Source: Auanema rhodensis | Lineage: Eukaryota; Animalia; Nematoda | Assembly (NCBI GenBank): GCA_964057225.1 | Contig: OZ059897.1 | Span: 6,076,001-6,140,000 of the forward strand | DNA length: 64,000 nt | Reading direction: 5' to 3' | Part shown: positions 55,769 to 64,000 of the stretch, piece by piece | Numbering within the stretch: the stretch's first letter is position 1 | Layout: the number at the start of each line of letters is the position of its first letter | Notes under the pieces: model-generated | What the model was told of the DNA's origin: nothing | Database searches by the model: none | The model's input: only the letters and a program-made list of their open reading frames with translations | Program-made: the position numbers and the translations under genes

Positions 55769-58700
55769 ATGAGCTCATTTTAGCTATTATACTGTAAGAT
55801 TATGATCTGTATTATTTTTTTTATTTTTCGTTATATGTTAGAACATGTTTATTTTGTTATTGATGTTAAATCAATAAATTCTTTGTAACAAATATGTTGA
55901 GATAGGAATACAACAGTATGGTTCAGTTAAGACAGCCATCATTAGATTCGGAATACATGAACAGGACCAACGAGATTAAGCGTATACAATATGTAAATAT
56001 TTTCATGATTTCACCATAATTTCTTAATTTTGTTGATTGTGCTCGTCACACATTTTTCAAATTTCTTCGTGTAACAAGGAAGCTAATTAATGTGAACTTA
56101 TAGCTGTCCTTTCCTAGTCAATCAAGGTAGTTTACCCTTTCTCTGCATTAAGTTGATCAAAATATGTCTTAGTCTGATAAAGTTTTTTCATTGTTTACAC
56201 CTTTGTTTTTATTGCATCAGAATTTGTACAAAGTGTGATGACATAGTGCTAATTACCTTACAGACAGAGTGCCATATGTGTATGTATCCAAATATTTTTC
56301 AAATCCCAATGTTCATTTGAACCCACTGCGCTACCTTAATTTTTATAATCTTAAAAAGAATGCTGAGGACAGAAATAAATAAGCATTATTCCACAACTCA
56401 ACTTAGGCTTTTCCTTTTTCATCATCTGTCACACCCTAATTTCGCTTTCAAAGCATGACAAGTTTTGTAATGTTTTTCTGTCCACAAAAGGAACGCGGAA
56501 TGTGCCTTTGGGCATGTCGTTCCAACTAATTATAGACAACGGGTAAGATCATTCCATGCATTATAGTGAATGCAGCTTAATCTGCGGTATTCTTGTTATG
56601 TCTTGAAGAGTTGAAGTAGTTTTGCTAGAGGTACTTATGGTTGTTCTATTGGTTTCGTCTTAGATCCAATCTACTAAGCTTTGAAATGAATCGAATTATC
56701 CCCTCATTTCTAAGTTCTTCCTTTTCTATAAATTGTCTTATTTATCTGTTTGAAAACTCGAAACAAAAAATCTGCTATCAGTTATAGACTAATGTGATTA
56801 GACGCTATCGTAAGAGCGCTCAAATTGATTTCAAATTCCTTGACACTTTCTCTTGAATACAATAGTTTTTCTTTGATACATTTATCAAATTGTTCAATGA
56901 TTTCTTTCATTGTTCAGAAAATCTTCCTAAGTTCCTGATTTGATTTTCCAATAATAGCTCAGGATTTTTCAATTCAGGTACTTTGGTTATCCTTCCTTAA
57001 TTTGCAAAACATTCCTTGAAATTAAGAATGGAACTTTTCTAATCAATTCTAAGAGAATTTGATTATTTGTCGTCTAGTTGTATATCCTTAAGGTTAGCAA
57101 ATTGACAAACATGATAGAGATCATGAGGTTTGAATCGATAAATGGTCGGGATATATTGTGGTTTAAGCTATCCTTAATACGGGAATGTGATATGCGATGA
57201 TTTGTAGTAGAAAAAAAGGAAAAAAATAAAAAGTTGAATAGAAGATTTAGATCTGATTATAGCTGAATGTAGGCGTTCCAAAAACAATTCTTAAAAAACC
57301 ATTTAGCGTTGTATTTCAAAAAAATACCCATAAATATTATAATCAAGGAACTAATAGAGAAATTAATGAAAAACAAGATACATTACGCTCATTTGGGTCG
57401 TAGAGGCATACCGTATAGAGATGCTAGCGAATGTCAACAATAATTCTTAGGATACTGTAGAAACTTTGGGGGCGTGGTTTCGCGCTCGTAGTGAAAAACA
57501 AGCAAATAGTTGTTGGAAACGTCTCAAATGATTCAAAGTGACCTGCTTGAGGTCAAGCATTAAGATCCCAACAAGATATTTGATTTTTAAATTGAATTCA
57601 GTCCAATTTCTAAGTTTGCTAAAGATCCATGTATTGTTGCTTGGATAGATACACGAGTATCCTCATGGTAATTGAGTATATCAATTCAGTTTCTTAAGCA
57701 GATGCTCATCTTATTTGTAATAGGCTGTTTCATAATGTATGAGAAGGGATGAGCATTGCATTTTACATTAGTATATCCATCTGTTGTCCTAAAGACTTCC
57801 CGGGGCACGGATTACAAATTTAGGGATGCTCACGAGAGGGGGTGGGTGAATATAGGGAGCGAGGGAGAAAAGAAGGTTTCTTTAGAATTTAACCTATTAC
57901 TCTTTGCATCAAAAAATGATAAATGAAGTAGAATCAGTGGAATCATTTCCAAAAAATCAAAGAATCATCGTCAACACCTAACGAAAAGGCATGTCGCTGG
58001 TATACACGCTAATAAGATTAGATGAAGACGCCATTACCAATTGCTGGCTGACACACTTCAGATTGTAGCAATAAGGCACAACGAACGTTCACCAATCAGG
58101 AATGACACCTGCAATTTCGGTAATATGTTTGAAGGCATGCACACCATACAAACCATCGTAAACAGGAATTCAAGTGACACTGAAATAACAATGTGTGAAT
58201 AAGAAGCTAAATGGCTAAAGTTCATGAGAAGTCACGTGGTCTCATGTTATTGTCAATCAGGAGTAAGTTCATGTGTTTCCTTCATCGTTTGAACTCATTT
58301 GCATCGTCATACTGGACATTCCAGCATAAAGTTGTGGACAATATTCTTTGTGTTTTGGATGAAGATTAGAAACCAAAGTTACTCCCCCTCTTACTTTAAA
58401 CACAGATCAGCAGAATCTCTTGTTGCATTGATGATTTTTTCAAACTATTATGTTTATATTCTAAAACTAATTTGTTGATGAATCAATGAATTATAATTGA
58501 TGACATGATAGCATTATATTTCTGAATTGTAAAATATTATGTTTTCCGGACAAAAGATCAATTCTAATTCATATTGGTACAAGTTTTTTGTAGTATAAAT
58601 CTTTTTTTTCAAAGCCTTATTATGTTGTACAGAAGATAAAAATAGCTTAGAAATGAGATAAATGTTCAGTCTTATCACATCTCATCATTCTATCAACTGT

Positions 58701-58791
58701 CTTTTCACGAATAAATTTTTATCATTCCTTTTCTAAATCTTTTTAGCTATCATTCCCTCTAAAATTTCTCTCGCATTTCCCTTTTCCCACA

Positions 58792-58794
<3 letters not shown>

Positions 58795-58827
<33 letters not shown>
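58795..58827. repeat. (TC)n microsatellite
   Basis: About 16 units. Confidence 0.95.
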
Positions 58828-58831
<4 letters not shown>

Positions 58832-61800
58832 CTCTCTGTTTAATTGTTAGATCAGACTGTAAAATTCTATTAACTATTTCAGTTACACACATTTCTATAA
58901 ATAGAATTGCCAATGATTGGGTTTAGTTCTTGATCACAGCGACAACGTTATCATATAATTTACCCATTGTTCTATCTATCAGACAAGAAATAAAGCTTAT
59001 TATCCAAATACAATAAGATTATTATATAAGGAATACAAAAGAGTTAATGCCCTATGAATTACTTCAACACTTTCCTTTACCAGTACCCTCTCTCCACTAT
59101 ATTAACCTCCGATTTGTCCAAAAAACTGACCTCAACATGTATTTTTGCAATCATCGTATTGATACTTTGTCTGTGAAAAAAACAAATACTGTCCATAACT
59201 GGGCGTTAAGAAGTTACTTCAAAAGAAGAATTTTTTCTCTTAATGCTATCAATTAGTCAGACTAAAGAACACCGGTTTTCATTGATTTTTGAAGATTTTG
59301 TTATATCAACACACAAGTACGATACGTCGTCAGCGTCATATCTTCTATAGTCTGCATGCATTAACTGGTCTTCATTATCGCCTTCTTCAACTTTAATGGA
59401 AATACATGCAAATATAAAAAAATCTTTTTTTTTAATAATTTCCGCCATGTCTATACACGTTACTTAAGTAATATTTCAAAATTCAAAATTTAGATCACAC
59501 ATGTTGCACTATACCATTGTCAATATAGATTTTTTTTAAAGTGGAAACTCGTATCACTTGGCTAACCTCAGCGTCAAGGTGTGATTTGATACAATATCTA
59601 AATTTGTACTTAGATTTTAAGTTCTTGCTAAAAATAAAAAAAAAGAAACAAGTTGAGGATGTAGATGAGACAGAAAATTTCTTCTGCAAACAAAGAAATT
59701 GCACGATGGCCATTTTTGCGTTCTCATGATCACCATTGAATGCCGATTTTCATGTAATTCTGACGTCATTATCATTTTTGGGTACTCGTTCGCATGAGCG
59801 GTTGTTCTTGTCTCTTCGTAAACGGCGAAACCGTAATTCTTTTTTTTTGCTACGAATATCGGTAATTCTTTGAACTAAATTGCACATTAAAGCTGGGAAA
59901 AATAAATAATTAATTTTAAATCATTTTCTTAATATCAAATATATAAATATTAAAAAAAAATTTAATTTATGATTGAACCCTCTAAAGACGTTTCCAAAGT
60001 TCAATTGAACGCTAACATTATTTATTTCTAAGATTGATCAAAACATTTCGCAACTAATTTGAGTTTGTTAAATTTTAATTATTTGAAAAATAAAGAAATT
60101 GAAAATAATATATTGATGTCCATTATTTTTAAATGAACTTATTTGTCGTACAATACAATTTACACTTGAGTTACATGATTTCCAGATGCTCAACGATCAC
60201 ATTTTAGAAAGAATTATGATTGGTCAGTATTGCTTTGTGGTTTTTGCAAATTTTTGGACCAATGAATTACTATTGCAAAAAAGAAAAAAGGAAAAACAAT
60301 GAAGAAATGTTTGATCAGTATGTTTTTGAAAAAATAAAATATCTATAACTTATTGGAATTCAATCTCAATTTTCAAATAGATAACGACAGTATGAGGTAA
60401 ACATTGAAATAATGAATATACAGAGAACGACAAATGACAGACGTTCTTAATTGAATTATCTAAAAAAAGAAAAAAAAAGAAAAAAGAATCTGCAGTCTTG
60501 TATCTTTGGACGTCTTCTGTCATCATCTTATAGTATCTCATGTATTTTCTATCACCAACTTACATGTTGTACGTACACATATTAGATAAATGATATTAAG
60601 AATGACATAAAACATTTTTTTGGAATTTAGAACATTCTTTACTTCGTTACATACACGGATGAAGGAGAAACACTGTAATCAGAACGGTGTTCTAATGCTA
60701 ACTTTGTCGTATTTGCATGCTCTATGTTGATCTGAGATTGTTCTATCTTTTGGATTCTTAATCTATAGTTTATTCCATCAATTGCAACCTTTTGCTTCTA
60801 TTTTGTAATAATATTGTCATCTTAAAGTTGGAATCAAAGACAAAAGATGATTAGGACTTTAGGTTGATTCAATAAGTCATTGAACAGCTCGTATTTGACG
60901 ATCTGTGCAAAATTTTTCAGATAATTATACGTCCACACTCTGATTCAAACTAATAAAATAAATCAGTTCGACGAATGAAAACGAGCTTTTGTTACCATCC
61001 TGACCTGCTACGTCATCTCCGATCATGTCATGAATGTTCTGCGGCAATTTACAGAACTATTCGCTGATGATGACGTCATAATGTCTACTGCAACGTCGTC
61101 CAGGAAAAGTGAAAATATTTACTAATTCAACTACACACACACATATATATGTATATACTATATATTATTAATTTAACAAGTAATGAGTAGTTTTATGTTA
61201 ACGATGTCAGCACCAGGTAGACAATTAAGGTTCTTTTCTAAATTCCTCTCATAATAACTTTTCATTTTTTCGTTGTTATGCAGAAAATCAATTACAGCTT
61301 GTCGGATTAGTGCTGGACAAGGTTGTGACGTCGTAACAACACGTTTACAGTAAGAAGAAGACTTCAGAATCTAAATAATAGCTGAAATTCCAAAGATGCG
61401 GTCATCTGAATTAGAATTGTTTTGAGAAAGATTTCTAATTGCTGATGAAAGTGTACTGCTGTTTAGTGTGTTCTTGAAAACAGGAGAGAAGTTTAACTGA
61501 AATAGTTTTTCCCATAAAAAATTTGTCAAATTTTTCTTGCAAACTGTTAGTTATTAGTGCATTTATATATAATAGGCGAATCTGTCGGAATTGGTGACAA
61601 ATATACGAAGAGTAACGAATTTTTTACAAATTATCACAATTTCATAACTCCAGATTTCTATTTTATCACAGATTTGTTAAACAGAATAAACTTATTCGAA
61701 AACAAAGTAGTTGTTTGACAAACGTGTACATAGCCCCTTAGTATATTAACACCTTTTATATCTTTCCTATATATGTACATATTATGTATTATAGAGAGGA

Positions 61801-62569
61801 GGATAGAAAGAGAGAAAGAGAAAGAGTGCCGTAGGCGATTTCATATTTGGCGAACAAGTAGACTTCATCTCTTTCATAAAGCAACAGGGAGTGGTTAGGG
61901 TCGGGGGTATGTAATCGTTTCCCGAAAATGCTGCCAAAAAAAGAAAAAAGAAAAAGAAGAAGCTTCATCGTTTGTTTACATTTATGACACCTCGAGCAAC
62001 ATGAGTGTGACCTTCAAGCGGCTTCTGACCGTCAGTATGTCGTCTGGCTGTCATCGTCATCGACTTCTGAGTGTGTATTCGTAACACATACTATACACAC
62101 ATACAGCATCAAAACAGTAAATGATGACGCATTTCATAACACAAGCTAAAATACTGTGATGACGTAGATCATATTATCTTTCTCAGGTTGAATATGGTGC
62201 AATATTGTTAATACATTAATATTATCCACTCGGAATGTCCTAGAAGTCTGTAGATCAACGATTGTCATGAATATAATGACCTTTGCTCGACCAAAAATAA
62301 CTGAATGAGACGTGTTATCGAATTAAAACTGTAAACAATCGAGCGATTTCCAACACAACATTCTTCTCAATTATCAAAAAATTGCAAAAAATGTTCCTAA
62401 TAAACATAAATGAATTTTATATTTTTATAATGACTCGCAGCAAATGAACGAAATCACTTCATTTCATGTAAGTTCATTTGATCCGAATGTTAAACCCTGA
62501 TATAATGATTCGTTCATTCAATAGGATTGAATGAAATGAACTGGAAATGATTCAGTAAGACCTATCCAT

Positions 62570-62694
62570 TTTCCTTCTTCATCTTTCTTTTTTTTAATTT
62601 TCTCTCTCTCTCTCTCCCTCTCTTTCTTTCTTTTTCTCTCTCTCCCCCCCCTTTATCTCTCTATCTCTCTTTAGCTTTCTCCCTCTTTATCTCT

Positions 62695-62755
<61 letters not shown>

Positions 62756-62780
62756 TTATATAGCCATCTATCTCTTTTCA
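62570..62780. repeat. Polypyrimidine tract with a (TC)n core at about 62699-62755
   Basis: About 200 nt that are almost all C/T on the plus strand. Confidence 0.9.
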
Positions 62781-64000
62781 TCCTATTAAAGAATTTAAAG
62801 CAAAATTGAACTATGAAAATCTTCACGTTTTTTTTAGTTTCGTTGATCATATTCATTGGAACAGAAAGGCGAATAGTTCCTGATCATCTTTGTGATGATG
62901 ACCATGATATATGATTTTTTTAAATGTAGGTTTAGTTAGTTTAAGATTAATTAAGATAGGTTTTTGCCAAGATTAAACGATTTATGTATTTGAGAAAGAG
63001 CAACCGGATTGGAAATGTCTACGCAATGAAAATGAGAATGCTGCTCAGTTCACGTGAACGCTTGACGTACTCTGTAATTAATTAGCATAGCATCCCTTTT
63101 AAATTTTATAAAATTATATGTCGTCAGAGACAAGAAATACTCAAGAATTTCTGTTTTGTATGATTAAACCGTGTTTTTCCTGTTTATTTCGTTGTGCACG
63201 GCAAACCTTCTAGCATTCCAAGCGTTCTTTACAGTGTTCAGAAAGTGTACAACAGCTTTGATACAGCATTTGCGTATCTGTACCTAATTTACTCTTTACC
63301 CCGTCTTCTTGTCTGTTCATTAACTTTTCATTTATGTTCTGAAAAAAAAAACTTGTTAATACTGTGCCTTGGATCAGATTCATACCCTACTGTTCCTTGT
63401 TGTCTTCGGACTTTCTCAATAATCGTTGGAACGCAAACTTCACCAAACATTTTCTTGAGACATCATTCATCATTCATGATCGCCAATCACTCGGTCTCTT
63501 GCTTACTTACTCTCTAGGACAAGACAGTTTGAGCTGAACTCTCCGTTCTGTTTTCACTTTTTTCTCAAACATTTACAGGTCCGCCTCCTCTAACTTTAGT
63601 TCAAGTCACACATGTTGATTTATCATCGCTTAATCACAACATTGTACACACAAAATTATTAGTAGTGGATGAGTATCATATCATTCAGTCTAGATCATTC
63701 GAGAAAAATTGCAAGACAAACTTCACGTATGCTTCGTCTTTATTTTTATCTTTTGATGATTGACGTCATTCGAAGACAGATCTTCAAGACCACATGGTAC
63801 TATTCTCAGAAGGCAACTGGATATGAGAGTGCTCGAGAGAAGAAAGTGAGTAGAGGGTGCCAGAATGAAAAAGTCGCAAAGAAAGCAACTGACACCTACC
63901 TGACATAATCATAATCGTGTACACGTAGACAGACAGACAGACACGTACACATGGACCTTATCCTATCAACTATTATATTGTAGATAATGGGAGAGAAGAG

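Noticed and set aside
56000-59200. Search for transposon, helitron, telomeric (TTAGGC)n, SL RNA, snRNA or known miRNA sequence
   Set aside because: I recognised no terminal repeats, transposase or RT motifs, tandem telomeric repeats or known RNA sequences, here or elsewhere in the window. A manual scan can miss diverged elements.
62671-62856. ORF with an ERERER repeat
   Set aside because: It is a translation of the (TC)n microsatellite.
63190-63910. Exon-like fragments on both strands near the window end
   Set aside because: They give no consistent reading frame or recognisable product. They may belong to a gene outside the window, but I cannot support that.

Overview
AT-rich eukaryotic genomic DNA from a rhabditid-type (probably clade V) nematode. 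The assignment rests on the cuticle collagen, very short introns (about 41-67 nt), trans-splice-like acceptors just before ATGs and operon-like spacing. The species cannot be named from the sequence. I assembled about 18 spliced protein genes by hand, in order: the 5' end of a CEP295/Ana1-like gene, a cuticle collagen, a bestrophin, a large secreted Cys-rich/His-tract protein, SSADH (alh-7), cactin with a CK1-family pseudokinase nested antisense in one intron, ALG3, NDUFAF5, NKAIN, a globin, RPT4, a saposin-domain protein, a two-TOG ZYG-9/XMAP215-like protein, CCT3, an orphan low-complexity gene, MICOS10 and a WH1/EVH1 protein. There is also one tRNA-Gln(TTG). The last ~8 kb has no gene I can support but is rich in CRE motifs. 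I found no mobile element, CRISPR array or horizontally acquired locus, and no clearly new multi-gene system. The best leads are: the CEP295-like N-terminus, the nested dead kinase, a 12-Cys domain duplicated at both ends of a secreted proteoglycan-like protein, relaxed splice signals (TAG/AAG acceptors, GC-AG introns) and candidate 12- and 30-nt microexons. CDS coordinates are start-codon to stop-codon spans including introns. Homology calls come from recognising motifs, not from database searches.
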